A DNA stretch of 63,897 nt, counting the filler, from Reticulomyxa filosa (Eukaryota; Protista; Foraminifera), in the NCBI GenBank assembly GCA_000512085.1. It is 12 parts of 12 records of this genome, joined end to end, with 100 filler letters (N's around TTAATTAATTAA, not from the genome) between each part and the next. Parts side by side here need not be neighbours in the genome. Positions count along the whole stretch, not along the records: positions 12,696 to 13,783 come from ASPP01034653.1; positions 13,884 to 18,098 come from ASPP01001160.1; positions 18,199 to 19,685 come from ASPP01000441.1; positions 19,786 to 24,561 come from ASPP01042619.1; positions 24,662 to 26,776 come from ASPP01007081.1; 7 more parts are not named here. One strand, given 5' to 3'. Below, piece by piece: positions 13,268 through 25,905 of the stretch. The notes under the pieces are model-generated. The model searched no databases, was not told the origin of the DNA, and was given only the letters and a program-made list of their open reading frames with translations. Position numbers and translations under genes: made by a program. Every line of letters begins with the position of its first letter. Position 1 is the stretch's first letter.

Positions 13268-13883
13268 TATTTCTTCCTGAAGGTAGTTTTTGTTATAATG
13301 ATTGCCAAGGTATTATTGATTTCGTAGAAGGTTTTTTTTTTTATGAATGAGGGAGAACAACAATGAACTTGTGAACGAAATTAAAAAGCGAAATTTTATG
13401 ATGACATGACACGAAAGATCTATACAAAAATTTCATTATTTGGGTAATCTTACTCGTATAAAGTTGAACACAATAGAAAAGACATTTATCAAGAAAATCG
13501 ATCACAATGAGAAATACTATAAAATTTCTTATTTCAAATAAATGCAGTAAAATCATTACGGCTTTTTTTAAAAAATTCAATTGCATCAATGTCTTCCTTT
13601 ATCACGTAAATTATGACAGCACAAAATAATAATAAATAAATAAAGCGACGTTATCATTATAACAATAAGCAGGTTAAAATTTGAAATTGAAATAGCAAAG
13701 AGAAAAAAAAAGAGTGTAAATACTTAAAAATGGAGAATAGTGTTTTTATCCCAAAACAGAATAATTGGATATATTTATATCAGNNNNNNNNNNNNNNNNN
13801 NNNNNNNNNNNNNNNNNNNNNNNNNNNTTAATTAATTAANNNNNNNNNNNNNNNNNNNNNNNNNNNNNNNNNNNNNNNNNNNN

Positions 13884-13945
13884 GATCACGTGTGTGGACT
13901 TTGTTTGCAAGGCCCCGTTCAATTGTCCTTTCATCTTCTTCCTCT

Positions 13946-13977
<32 letters not shown>

Positions 13978-14707
13978 TTCTTCTTCCTTTGCCACTGTGG
14001 TCAGCTTATTCCCGTTCTGTACATTTGCTATGGCCAATTTCGGCATGCTTTTGTAAATGTCCGTTCTTGCAGCCATCTTCATGTAGTATACATATATATT
14101 ACATATATGTAGATATCGACGTAAATAGATGTATACGTGATACTACATTCTAAGGGTGATGTGTACGTATATAAAAAGGAAACAAAATAAAAATGCTACA
14201 CAAAACTGAAAAGGTGTGGTGGTGGGTGGACTCTTTGTTGGTGTGGAAATGGGGAGGAAAGAGGATGGGCAGACGATTGACTTGACGCGGGTCAGTCATT
14301 GCGTCTGGTCCAACATTAACGGACGTCGGCTTGCTATTTGCAATTGGCGCCGTTTCTATACTGGCCATTGCTATTGCTACAGCATTAGCATTGGCATTGA
14401 CATTAACATTAGTATTAGTATTGATATTGATGTTAGCATTAGTATTAGTATTAGTATTCGTATTCACAGTTACAATTGCATTCGTATTGGCGCTTGTACT
14501 TGCACGACCTGTTTTTTTTTGCCAAGTTTTATCTCCGTGATCTTGGTCGTCATGATCATCTTCGTCGTTTTCATAGTCTCCATCATCTTCGTCCTCATCC
14601 TCCTCGTCCTCCTCCTCTTCTTCATCATCGTCTTCATCATCATCATCTTCTTCTTCTTCTTTCTCTTCATATTCTTCTTGATATTTGTTTACATTGGCAT
14701 TATTCAT
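13884..14707 (-). CDS. Low-complexity acidic/Asn-rich protein (3' partial, at least 2 exons)
   Basis: Poly-E/D tracts, an (NT/NV/NA)n dipeptide run, and a (TA)n-containing intron at ~14085-14210. No recognisable domain. Confidence 0.55.
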
Positions 14708-15859
14708 GTTGGAATTGGAATTGGTATTGATAGATTTTTTTTTTCCTTTGAAAACTTAAACTCGCCTTAAAAACTAATAAAATTCAAATTGACAAACGTT
14801 TAAAAATTTGACAAAAAATATGTTACTTTTGAAAAATCTCATAAACTAAATGCATAGTCATCAACACAAAATTCTCATTTTTAGAGAATTGTTATTCTTA
14901 TCATAAACTTAAAAACAGATATAAACACAAAAAAAGAAAAAGATCACAATAAGTATTGTGGGGAGTCTACTGTGGAGAATCTGCACTAAATGTAATACGA
15001 AAGGAACTTAGTTCCAAAAGAACAATGTCAATAAAAGGAAAGTAAATTAAAGAGAATTAATGACAAAAGGAAAGTAAGAAAAGACAAGGGAGTAAGAAGT
15101 AGTTAACTGAGGAAGTTTAACCAAAGGGAGCTCCTCAGTTCCGTACAAGTTCAACTATGTGTGATAAGGGCTTGCCCTACAGTATGTGTACACAATCCGA
15201 TTGCCTCTACCAAAGAAATATCGAAAAAGAACAAAAACAAAGGCAATGATAATGACGCAATGCCAAAAAGCAATAATTTTTTTTTTGGACAACTTCAAAA
15301 TAAAAAAAATGTGTTATATTTTGTTGTCATTTGTTTTGCGAATCAAATTGCAAAAAGTTGTGCTCCATCTGGTATTAAAGCTAGATACAAATATAAAAAA
15401 TAATCACTTTCAATTTCGTTTTATTATATAAAAAATGAAGGATTTATATATAACATTTGTTGTGTTTACATCATTTTGCACAAACAATATATTAAATGAT
15501 AAACAGTAATCAAAACTAAAAAGGTTTAAACGTTGTTCATAAAAAAGCTTTAACATATTTAAAGTGGAAAAAAAAAATTAAAAATTGCATTGCCTTTGTT
15601 TTCTTTAATATGTTTAAGATTGACATGCATTTGTTTTTCATTTGATTAGAGTGATTTTGTTGCTATTTTTATTGTGATCACTTGGACATTACAGACAAAC
15701 TGTTTTTGAGTTTGTGATAAGAATAATTCTTCAAAAATGGTGACTTTATTTGTTTGTAGTCAAACTGTGAGAGCAGTATTTCAACATTTGCAACAACACA
15801 TCTTCATGCAATGCAAATGAATGACTGCGATCCTAAAAAAATATATATATACTTATATA

Positions 15860-16200
15860 TGCTTGTGAAAGGAAGGTGACGGAGATAAAAAGATAACAAC
15901 AAGAGTATTTCTTTTCGGATTGGCGTTTTCAACTGCTTCGCTGACACGCTATCCAAAGGCGAATCTCCCCAGACAATGTTCAGATGCAATGCAAAATATT
16001 TCGACTTTGGGTATTGATTTCCTCACTTTCTTGTCGAAATAATTAACAAGAATTGTGACATTATCTGCTTGCAAGCGGTCGATTTTTGTTTGTTCGGCGG
16101 TCACTGGCTGAAACATTTGAAGACATTTGTATACTTTGAAGTTTTTACGCAATTTTCCAAATTTAATATGAATGAAAGTTGCACCATATTTTAAAAAATC
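15860..16200 (-). pseudogene. Probable decayed coding fragment of unknown family
   Basis: Protein-like frame (KIDRLQADNVTILVNYFDKKVRKSIPKVEIF...FAFG*RVSEAVENANPKRKY) interrupted by an in-frame TAG, in an otherwise non-coding AT-rich region. Confidence 0.35.
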
Positions 16201-16849
16201 CAAACGTTTGAATACACTTCCAATAAACTATTGTATTAAACGCAAAAAATCAACCATTCGTTTGAAATGCCAAATGAGAGGATGTGACAATAAACGTGAA
16301 AATTGGATAGCGATTTGTTAATTCAAGCTATCTTAAAACAATCACAACATAACTGTGTCCTTTTATGTGATGATTCAATTCTTTGCATAAAAACGAACAA
16401 AACGTAAAGCCATTGGTTTATCTTTATCTGCTTTTGCAAGAATACTTGAAACTACATGATATGTGTCAGTTGTATGAAGTCAAATTGAAATATACTCATT
16501 ATGTGACATGAAATGCAATTTAGATTATCTCTTTTGTGTAGAATTCCAACAAAACGTCAAATTTCAATTCTATGAATTGAAGAAATTTTGATAATTGCTG
16601 GATGTGTGCAAGTTAAACAAATAAAAGTAAAACAAAAAAATAATGAAAAAAAAACAATATCAATCCAACAACAAAAGATTTTACTCAAAATGACTGAAGC
16701 AACAAGAATAACTATCGATCAGTATAACAGCTTTCTTAATATTGTATCACATGTTGATATTATGTTTGATATTATATTTTTGTTATTTTTTAAGTAAAAA
16801 AATTAAATAAAAATAAAAGTTTTCATTCAGAACTTTTTTTTTAAAACTT

Positions 16850-17500
16850 TAATCTATGTAAGTGTATTCCTTTGGTTAAATATCTTGCATTGGATACTGC
16901 TTATGTGTTCCTCTGGCATTGATTTTGTTAAATTTGCGCATGTTCCTTTGTCATTTTTTTTTACATTCTAATTCAAACTGTTTCAGGAGTTTTTCTTTCG
17001 ATCAGAATGGTCCATTTTTGAATATTTTTGTTTTCACTATCCACCACAGATTTTCGATTTGCTTCAGGCCTGAAGAATTTGAAGTGAAATTCAATATTTT
17101 GTTAGAGTTTTGTTTAAATCTTTTTTTGCTATAATTTCTGTGTGACTAGTGGCATTATCTTACTGAAATATACAATTTCAATTATCTTCAAAACCTCAAT
17201 TAATGCTTTCTGAGCATTTCATCAAATAGCATTTACACATCAATTAATGTTACATGCATAAACAGGTCCTAACACTACAAAGCAAGACCACACGTTATGC
17301 TTGCACTACCAACTACTGATGTTTTTATGATGAAAGTCAGCTCCCATTTACGCAAACATTCATGATTTACACAAATTAAGTACCAAGAGGTCATTACACA
17401 AAATTGAAAAGAAACCCAAATAGAAGTACAAGTTGTCACAAAATCGCAATAGGATTGCAAAAGGTTTGTCACACGTTAAAAGTAGTGTTGTTAAAGAAAA
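16850..17500 (-). mobile_element. Degenerate Tc1-like transposase remnant (diverged subfamily)
   Basis: Minus-strand DNATSH...ILNFTSNSSGLKQIENLWWIVKTKIFKNGPF corresponds to the Tc1 QDNAxxH...PxNSPDLNPIENLW motif. It has multiple stops and frameshifts. Confidence 0.75.
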
Positions 17501-18198
17501 AATTTGTAAAAATTTTCAAGGGCATCTAAACGTTATTTGGAGGCATCTATGATAATATACCTTTCTGATTTCTCACACGTATTTACACTATAAATATTTC
17601 TACCAGTATCTAAGACAAATTTGACAATTTTGATTCTTACTTCAGGTTCACATCTTTTGTATCCAATTATCAAACTTTTTAAGTTTGATATTGTAAATTG
17701 AAAATGAAGCAACAATCTAACATAGAACATGCTTATATAAAGACTACAGAATTTTGATCATAACGAATGATGACAATAAACAAGACGCTGAGCAGCATTG
17801 CAATATAAAATAATAAGAATATGTTTTTTTGACAAAAGCATAACGAACATACTTATTAACCGAAAAGTAGAATTAACAGTAAACTAGATTATCAAATATT
17901 TTTTCATTTTACAAATTATGACTCCGTTCTGACGTAGAAGTATCAGTATATATGAAATTCTAGTGAATATGGTAACAAAATACGTAATGAACTCATAATA
18001 CAACTGTTATACATATTAATTGCACTGATTGTATTTTATTTTCAATTGGAAGTACTTGATTATTTTTGGTTGATACTTATGTTCGAAAAAATAAGTTTNN
18101 NNNNNNNNNNNNNNNNNNNNNNNNNNNNNNNNNNNNNNNNNNTTAATTAATTAANNNNNNNNNNNNNNNNNNNNNNNNNNNNNNNNNNNNNNNNNNNN

Positions 18199-18538
18199 GA
18201 TAGTAAAGACAATGATTCATAAAAAAGGACCATTTAATACTACTGAAGAAATTTGGAACAATTCAAACATAATGAGAAAAAATAGAAACAAATATTTGTG
18301 AAACCTTAATAAAGTCGATTCCAAAGAAAATACAGTCAGTTAAAAAGTCAAAGGAGATACAACACGTCGGTAAACTTGAATTAAATTTTAAAAAACAAAT
18401 CTGATCATAATCAGGCAACTACAAAAATTTTTTTTAAAGTAAATGAAAGATGATTAAATGTTGTTTTTTCATGGAGAAATACAATCATCTCTATAAGGTG
18501 GCATTTTAGGTTTCAACTTTCTTTTTTATCTTACTGTA
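18199..18538 (+). mobile_element. 3' end of Tc1-like transposon (transposase C-terminus + TIR + TA)
   Basis: IVKTMIHKKGPFNTTEEIWN..ICETLIKSIPKKIQSVKKSKG (Tc1 C-terminal LxxSMPxRxxAVxxxKG), then ...ttcttttttatcttACTG-TA. Confidence 0.85.
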
Positions 18539-18983
18539 TTTAAATGATTTTTCATGAAACAGTGCAAGCTTTGACTTGACGTCCAACCTCCAAAACAAAG
18601 CAGAAAAAGATCGTTAGGGATCCTCATACATTTACAAATATAGTCAAGAAGACACCAAATCCCATTAAACGTAGTATAAAAAAGAAACATCTTAAGAGAA
18701 TCAGTCTTTGACTTGTTTATTTTTGTGGGGAAAATGCAATGTAGATCAAATAAATTGTTTTGCGTTCGAACAATAATATATGAAAGGAATAGATTTTGTT
18801 ATATTTTCAGAGAGCAGAAAGAAACATAACTGAGTTTTGAAAATGAAAATGTCTCAGAAAAAAATCTCAAAGATTTTTTTTGGTATCCGGCACAACAACA
18901 AAAAAATCAACAAAAAATTTGGAAATGGCAAGAACTGTGATCTCATTTGTACAAAAATATATGACAAAATTCATTCTGCAAAA

Positions 18984-19685
18984 TCAGCTGCATTTTCGGT
19001 GCTTTGAGTATTTTGTGTGTTTTTGTCGAGTTCCAAAGATAAAGTCTTTTCTATCTCTCCAATCATCACCACGGTTTGACTGTCACCTTTGTCCTTTGCT
19101 ACTGCGACTGCATTATTTGCACTTTCTTCAGTACTTTTAGCGTTCTCGCTTGGGGCTGGATCATTTTTACTCTTTTATTTTATTTTTGTTGTATTCAATA
19201 ATTAGATCTGGTGCCAAATAAAATTTTTGTAATATATGTGTTAAAAAAAACAAACAAACAAAAAAAATGATAATTCAGTTACATTTCGTACCTCAATTTC
19301 GATAACCACTTGCGGTAAAGGATCTTTTTTCTCTTCTTCTTTCTTTTCTTCCTCTTTCTTCTCCTCTTCCTTCTTCTCAGGTTCTGATTTGATTTCAAGT
19401 TGTAAAGGCGACGAAGTGATAACAGGTTGTATGGATTGCACCGTTGATGAACCTGAGACTGCAACTTGGCGAAACTTAGCGACATGTTCTTTGGTGACAC
19501 CACTTTGTGGTTTCTCGCACGCTTTTTCAAGCTGCGCAATTACTTTGTCTACAGGCACTCCGACTTTCACTTTTCGAATGTACGTGACCAAGAGAGGATC
19601 CGCCTCCAACTCTTTACTTTCTAATATATTCTGCGTTTGCTTTTCCTCTGTAGATTCATATACATACCACACACACACACACACA
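18984..19685 (-). CDS. Hypothetical protein, 5' partial, with a CCDC53-like 'DPxxxxYxxxxKVGVP' motif
   Basis: DPLLVTYIRKVKVGVPVDKVIAQL, then an EEKK repeat. A second exon at ~18984-19170 ends ..KHRKCS*. The motif resemblance is weak. Confidence 0.5.
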
Positions 19686-19785
19686 NNNNNNNNNNNNNNN
19701 NNNNNNNNNNNNNNNNNNNNNNNNNNNNNTTAATTAATTAANNNNNNNNNNNNNNNNNNNNNNNNNNNNNNNNNNNNNNNNNNNN

Positions 19786-20097
19786 TGGGATATTCGATCT
19801 GGTAAACAAATTCAAGAATTCAATGGGCATGCAAATACTGTGTATGCTGTTGAATATTCACCATTTGCAATAAATAATAGTGGTAATTCAAATGTTATAT
19901 GTTCTGGATCAGCTGATAATACAATTCGATCAAATAAAGATGAATTATATGTGATTGATGGAGATAAGAAAGAAGATAATGGAATATTATGTGTTAAATT
20001 TATTGGATTGAAAAAGAAAGATAAGACAAATAATGTTACATATGATTTGGATTTGTGTTATGGTTCAGTCAAAGGTAACATTCGTATTTGGGGATGA
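19786..20097 (+). CDS. WD40-repeat protein, 3' end (possibly internally deleted)
   Basis: WDIRSGKQIQEFNGHANTVYAVEYSP...ICSGSADNTIR...LCYGSVKGNIRIWG*. Same family as the WD40 part of the 23145 gene. Confidence 0.85.
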   Translation, partial: WDIRSGKQIQEFNGHANTVYAVEYSPFAINNSGNSNVICSGSADNTIRSNKDELYVIDGDKKEDNGILCVKFIGLKKKDKTNNVTYDLDLCYGSVKGNIRIWG

Positions 20098-20388
20098 TTT
20101 ATTTTTTGTCGTATAAGAAATGAAAGTGTTTTTTGTTTGATTAAATTTGTTTGATTTGATTTAATGCAAGCATTGAAAGATGTGTTCTATCTTACTTTGT
20201 TGTTTGAAGAAATTCAAAAAGTTGCGTTCAATGTTTTTTGAAGAATAAATAAAATTGTGTTTTCTTCATCGCAAATCATTCTAATTTTTTTAAATTGCTT
20301 TTTTTATGTCTATTTGCTATTCTCTCCTGCAATCAGTATTCTTCATATTTTCGTGCTGAAGGTAATTGATCTCGATTGAATTGCTTTA

Positions 20389-20620
20389 CCCCAGTCCATT
20401 GAATTATTGTGTTGCAATATTGAGTGAAGAGAACAATCATATACATATCTTTGGAGGAGGAGATGATAAAAAAACAATAGTATCAACTCATATGAAGACA
20501 AAGAGGATTCTTTACTGTTGGTGATGATTTGATGAAACGCAAATAAATATCATTGTATGCAGCTGATTAACAAATAATAAATATATTATCTAAAATTTGG
20601 TGGATCGAATTATGATAAAC
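20389..20620 (+). pseudogene. 3' fragment of a Kelch-family paralog
   Basis: PSPLNYCVAILSEENNHIHIFGGGDDKKTIVSTHMKTK closely matches SIPLSGCVAILNEDDNYIHIIGGKDDKSAIVSTHIKTK of the downstream gene. No 5' part is present. Confidence 0.8.
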
Positions 20621-20894
20621 TAAGACATTCCAACAACAAAAAAAAATAAAATAAAAGTTAAAAACGTTTCAAAAATTCAAAACAATAATAGCTAAAAACA
20701 AAAATTAATAAAGTAAAATATCAGTGTTATAGAAAATGATGAAAATGTTTGAAAAAACGTTGATTTTGACTTAGAAAATCGATCATCTTCATAAGATGTC
20801 ATTTTGTCTATGCGCTTTTAAAAGGATGATTTTTTCATATACTTCCCCCTTTTAAAAAATCTAAACTACTTCATAGTTCCTCAACATTAACAAC

Positions 20895-22059
20895 ATGAGC
20901 AACCAAGCCTTTCAAAATTTAAAGGAATTACCCACTCCACTTTCTTATTCTCAATGTATTCTACACAAACACGAGTTCCTCATTTGTGGAGGTTACGAAC
21001 AAAGAGCTTGTTATTCTTATCATACAATCAAAAACGAATACAAGCTTATTTGTGAGTATCCAAGTTATGTTCAATTAATTGGACACTGTGTAGTGAAACT
21101 GGTAGATAATAACAAAGACATTACTTTGTTATCTTTTGGTGGATATGGAAATAAACATACATTAGTGATGAAATATATAAGTGTTTGGAGTAATATATCA
21201 AGCAATTCAAGCAATTACAATGAATGGGTTCCTTTCACAAACAGTCAAAATCATAAAATTATCATTGGAAGAGATGAAGATAATTATTATGGAGTGCGTG
21301 CAGTGATTGGTGGAAGAAACAATAATTTGTTATTTATTACTTATAAATATAATAAAATTAGCGTATTTGATTTAAATACATTTCAATTTATTAAACATCA
21401 TAGTTTACCAACTGGTAATTCTATTCAAAATCATTGCTTTGTATCAAATTCAGAAAATGGACAAGAACAAGAAATGACGAAAACAAATAAACAAAATTAT
21501 CAAATGCTGTTGTTTTGTTGGAAGATAGGAATGTCAATTGAATATGATGAAGACAAAGAAAAATTTCAATTTCATATATTACCTGTTTGCAATGATATTG
21601 CACCATTCTATGCATATGCATATGTGTATGTCAATGATACCATCTTGTTCTTTGGTGGATATGGTAATCGCACTTGTTCAAAATCAGTGTATAAGTATTC
21701 AATTCGAGAAAAAAAATGGATTACATTTGAAAACACTTTATCAATTCCATTGAGTGGTTGTGTTGCAATATTGAATGAAGACGATAATTATATACACATC
21801 ATTGGAGGAAAAGATGACAAAAGTGCAATAGTATCAACTCACATAAAGACTAAAGTGCGTGTATGGGGTCCTTCAGAGTTGGTAATGATTTGTATATTAA
21901 TTCATTTTAACTAACACAAATAAATTTTATTGAATGATAAATAATAAACAGTCAAAAAATGAAATAAAATTTATTAATCAACATTGGATTCGGATTTTAG
22001 AAATAAAGTTAGGATGGATCGATGATTTTGATAAAATTATTGTGAAATACAGCAAATGA
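20895..22059 (+). CDS. Kelch-repeat beta-propeller protein (2 exons)
   Basis: Repeated GG motifs (LICGG, LSFGG, LFFGG, HIIGG) with downstream Y/W. An intron at ~21882-21951 precedes SKNEIKFINQHWIRILEIKLGWIDDFDKIIVKYSK*. Confidence 0.88.
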
Positions 22060-22089
22060 GATAAATTTCGAGAATCATAATTAAAATAT

Positions 22090-22600
22090 CTGTCCCTGTC
22101 AAACTGTCAAATTTCATTGGAAAAAAAAAAGAATATCTATTTTATAAAAAATATCAAACTCAGCATATTAGAACTCAGATCTAATGATTGTAATTTCGTT
22201 ATATTTCCAATCTCTTTGAATATGGAGCCAGATAACCTTTTTCGATTGTTATTGAACAAATCCATCAAAAATTCATTGATGTAAAGATTATCCTTCTCTG
22301 TGTTGTTTGCAGTGTAAAAATAAAACTGATTTTTATTCAACATAAATTTTTCCAATTCAATCAAACGATTAATCTCTTGGAGGAATACTCATTTTCAAAC
22401 AAATAGCATGTTTGCAATTGTATTAAATTACTCAATTCTGTAGATATACTGTCACTTAGCCTTTTACAATCACCATAAAGCATTTGAATGAAAACCATAT
22501 ATGCATATATAATACATGCACATCTCGACATTGTCCAATGCGTATACAAAAATTGTAAATTCGTCAATTTTCCAATCCCTGGTGGTATTGTCCCTGTCAA
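22090..22600 (-). pseudogene. Decayed plant-type LRR (LxGxIPxxIGxLxxLxxLxL) gene
   Basis: LTGTIPPGIGKLTNLQFLY, LSDSISTELSNLIQLQTCYLFEN and LSGSIFKEIGNITKLQSLDLSSNML, spread over broken frames. Confidence 0.8.
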
Positions 22601-22819
22601 TGTGTTTTTTTAAAAAATAAAAGTGGAAAGTGAATACGGAATAATTTTAAACCCCCTAATAAAAATTTGTGTCATCTAAGATTCTTCTGATTATTTGATT
22701 GTAATTTTATTTTCACAATAACTTTTTGATTTGATTATGAACTGTTTTTAACTGGAAAGACTCGATTAAACAGACGAAGAAAGCATGTGCAAATGCAACT
22801 AACAAATTGCATATCATTT

Positions 22820-22887
22820 AATCAAACAAAGCGAAGTTACTTCAGCCTTTACTTTACCTTTTGAGTTTCTTCATTTGCTTGCTTCAT
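22820..22887 (-). pseudogene. Truncated 5' end of a paralog of the 23145 gene, in divergent orientation
   Basis: Minus strand atgaagcaagcaaatgaagaa...aagtaaaggctgaagtaacttcgcttt versus plus strand atgaagcaaataaatgaagaa..gaagtaaaaattgaagcaacttcgcttt at 23145. Confidence 0.65.
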
Positions 22888-23144
22888 TATCTTCCGTCCT
22901 TTGCTGTTTTTTGTTTTAATAATAATAATAGGCAATCGAAACTTCAAAAAAAAATTGGAGTTGAATTTTGCCCAGAAATAGTCCAGTATGGGGTTTTCTA
23001 ATCCCCCCTTGCAAATGCAAACAGGCTGAAAAAAGGATAAACAGTAATAATGATTGACCGCTTTGAACAGGAAAATTTTCAAATAGGAAGTTCTTCCGCT
23101 TTTGCATTAAAAAAGGGACATTCTCCGTTTAATTAACAAAGACA

Positions 23145-24561
23145 ATGAAGCAAATAAATGAAGAAGATGAAGTAAAAATTGAAGCAACTTCGCTTTCATT
23201 TGGGCATTCATGCTTTAAAAAAGACTGGGTTTTGCAGTCCTACCCACAAGAACACATTCAATGTTACACTTGTTTGGTTTGTAAACAAATTGCAAACAAT
23301 CCAATGGAAATCGGATGCCCACAACATGAAAGTATGAATGGAACATTGATTGGAGAAAATTGTTTGAAGTTATTCCTTAAAAATCACAATAACTCTTGTC
23401 CAGTTCAACCACATGACAATTGTCAATATTCAAGAAGTAATTTCGCACGAGGACGTATTGGTGACTTAATAGTGATGTGCATAAGACAATTTGAACAAGA
23501 ATTGAAAACATCAAATAAAACTAAAGGAGAAGAAAAAATGCCTAGAGTGATTAAATGCGCTTTCAAAGGGAAGTTAAAAGATTTAAATACTCATTTAATG
23601 AATAAATGTCCTTTTAATTTAATTAGTTGTTGGTTTAAACCATTTGGTTGTAATCATGAATGCTTTAGCTACAATTTACATGATCATCTGATTGCAAATA
23701 TGAAGTTACATTTTGATTTAGTCACTCAATTATTCCAGTCTATGCAACAAGAAATCCAATTGAAAGATAGTCGAATCAAACAAATGGAAAGAGATTATCA
23801 GCAAAAGTTGCTTAAGTATCATAGAGATATTAAGATTAAAAAAGATTTCAATAATAATAATAATTTATCAAATCACGAAAAAATTATCAAATCGTTAAAA
23901 GAGAAGAATACTAAATTAACTCAATCGATTCAAAAATTAAAATATCAATACAAAGAAGAAATTAATCGATCTTCTACTTTATCATCAGCTTTCAATTTTG
24001 ATTTATTTCATTCATCATCCAAATTACTTAAAACATTCACCGGACATATTAAATGGGTGTCGAGTATTGATTATTCAACATTTGATGATAGACAATTCAT
24101 TTGTTCAGGATCAGAGGATGAAACAGTTCGTGTATGGGATGTTGATAACAGCAAACAAATTCAATCATTCAATAAACATTCAGATGAAGTGTATTGTGTG
24201 AAGTTTTCACCATATCATTATTATAATTATTGTAAAAATGTCATTTGTTCTTCATCAGAAGACAGCACCATTCGTTTTTGGGATTTCAAAAATAATGAAC
24301 AATTACAAATATTTGAAGGGCACACTCATGGTGTTTGTGGTATTCAATACTCATTTTTCAGTGCTGGCAGATATTTGTGTTCTGGATCAGGTGACAAAAC
24401 AATTCGTTTATGGGATGTTGAAACATCAAAATCATTACATGTTTTCAATGGACATACAAATACTGTTTGGTGTATTGATACTTCACCATTGCAAAACAAT
24501 AACAGTAATAAAAATAACAATATTGGTGTGATTGGTGGAAATGGATATACAATTTGTTCTG
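23145..24561 (+). CDS. RING-like/TRAF Zn finger + coiled coil + WD40 repeats (TRAF7-like architecture), 3' partial
   Basis: Intronless ORF: CLVCKQIANNP..CPQH..C..CPVQPH, TRAF-type CAFKGKLKDLNTHLMNKC..CWFKPFGC, a helical coiled coil, then at least 4 GH..WD repeats. Confidence 0.92.
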
Positions 24562-24661
24562 NNNNNNNNNNNNNNNNNNNNNNNNNNNNNNNNNNNNNNN
24601 NNNNNTTAATTAATTAANNNNNNNNNNNNNNNNNNNNNNNNNNNNNNNNNNNNNNNNNNNN

Positions 24662-25369
24662 AATGCATTCGATGAAATTGGAACGACTCCATTGTATCGA
24701 GCATGCAATGACGGCAACGTAAAAGTGACAAAGATCCTCTTGAAGGACGAACGCACGAATCCCAACTTAGGCAATAGCAACATATACGGCAGTGCACCTA
24801 TTCACGGGTGTTGTGTGCGTGGCCACGAGTCAACGCTCAAACTGCTGCTACGTCGGTCGAACATTGACTTGAATTTGATAGACAAACGCGGCGCGTCTCC
24901 CTTGGACGCCGCCGTGTACTACCATCAAGTGTACGGCAAAGACCACACCAACATCATTCGGCTTTTGAAGGAACGAGGCGCCAAGTTCCGCATGTACGGA
25001 GACACTCCTGGATTTGAACCCACACTTGCCGATTTCATCCAGTTCTGGCTGGGCAACATGGGCTCCGTCATTACCGAGGCCTGCGATCATTGCTACGTTC
25101 GTCTGATCACTGAACTCTTTCAAAACAAAGACAAGTATAAAATCGACCCGACTGCTCGAAATCGCCTCTTAAAACGCATGTCCGGCATCGAGGCTGCCGC
25201 CAACAAAGGGTGCACTCCCATTGTCAAAATCCTTCTTGAAAATGGATTCGATCCTAACGAACAGAAAAATGAACTCAAAAAGAGTGCTCTGCAATTAGCG
25301 CAAGATGGAGGCTTCCAAGAATGTGCAAGTGTTATTCAAGAGTGGATTGACAAACAGCAAAAGAAATAA
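24662..25369 (+). CDS. Ankyrin-repeat protein (5' partial)
   Basis: TPLYRACNDGNVKVTKILL, APIHGCCVRGHESTLKLLL, GASPLDAA, IEAAANKGCTPIVKILLENGFDPN, SALQLAQDGG. Confidence 0.9.
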   Translation, partial: NAFDEIGTTPLYRACNDGNVKVTKILLKDERTNPNLGNSNIYGSAPIHGCCVRGHESTLKLLLRRSNIDLNLIDKRGASPLDAAVYYHQVYGKDHTNIIRLLKERGAKFRMYGDTPGFEPTLADFIQFWLGNMGSVITEACDHCYVRLITELFQNKDKYKIDPTARNRLLKRMSGIEAAANKGCTPIVKILLENGFDPNEQKNELKKSALQLAQDGGFQECASVIQEWIDKQQKK

Positions 25370-25905
25370 ACTTTTTTTTTTGAAGATAATATTTTGCTTC
25401 AGAATGGTTATTAGTATACAGGTTTTCTTTTTTTTTTTTTTAGTCATTTGACTTTAAAAAAAAAAACTTTGTCAATATTTTGATAATTGAAATCACACGC
25501 TCACTAATATCGTGTAACAATTTAAAAAAAACTTTCGTAACGATGATAAAAAAATTAAATGTATCTTACAAAATTACAAAAACATATTTGGTTTCATGTT
25601 CAGTTGGAATGTGAGATATTTTATATAATATATTAATGTTCATAACAAAAAAAAAGGAAAGAAGACAAAATAAAATTCAAAAAAAAGGTTTTGCTGTAAT
25701 CTATACAATCTATGCACTGATTACTGACTAGTCACAGTTTAAGATTCGACCGCTGGAATTCATAACTGGGCACCTCCATATAAACTGTTGTTATATCATT
25801 GACCATCATGTTCAATATATAAAGTCACTCATTACGTTCCATTACAAACATCTAACATCCGTTGATGAATAGTATGCAGTGTCCGGATCAAGTAACGCAT
25901 GCAAC

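Noticed and set aside
14960-15200. Purine-rich stretch with TGTAA start, possible solo LTR
   Set aside because: No second copy, target-site duplication or clear TG...CA boundary in the window.
24662-25369. GC-richer, intronless ankyrin ORF as a possible bacterial contaminant or HGT
   Set aside because: Followed by host-like poly-T/A sequence and the host Tc1 element on the same contig. Composition resembles other host exons.
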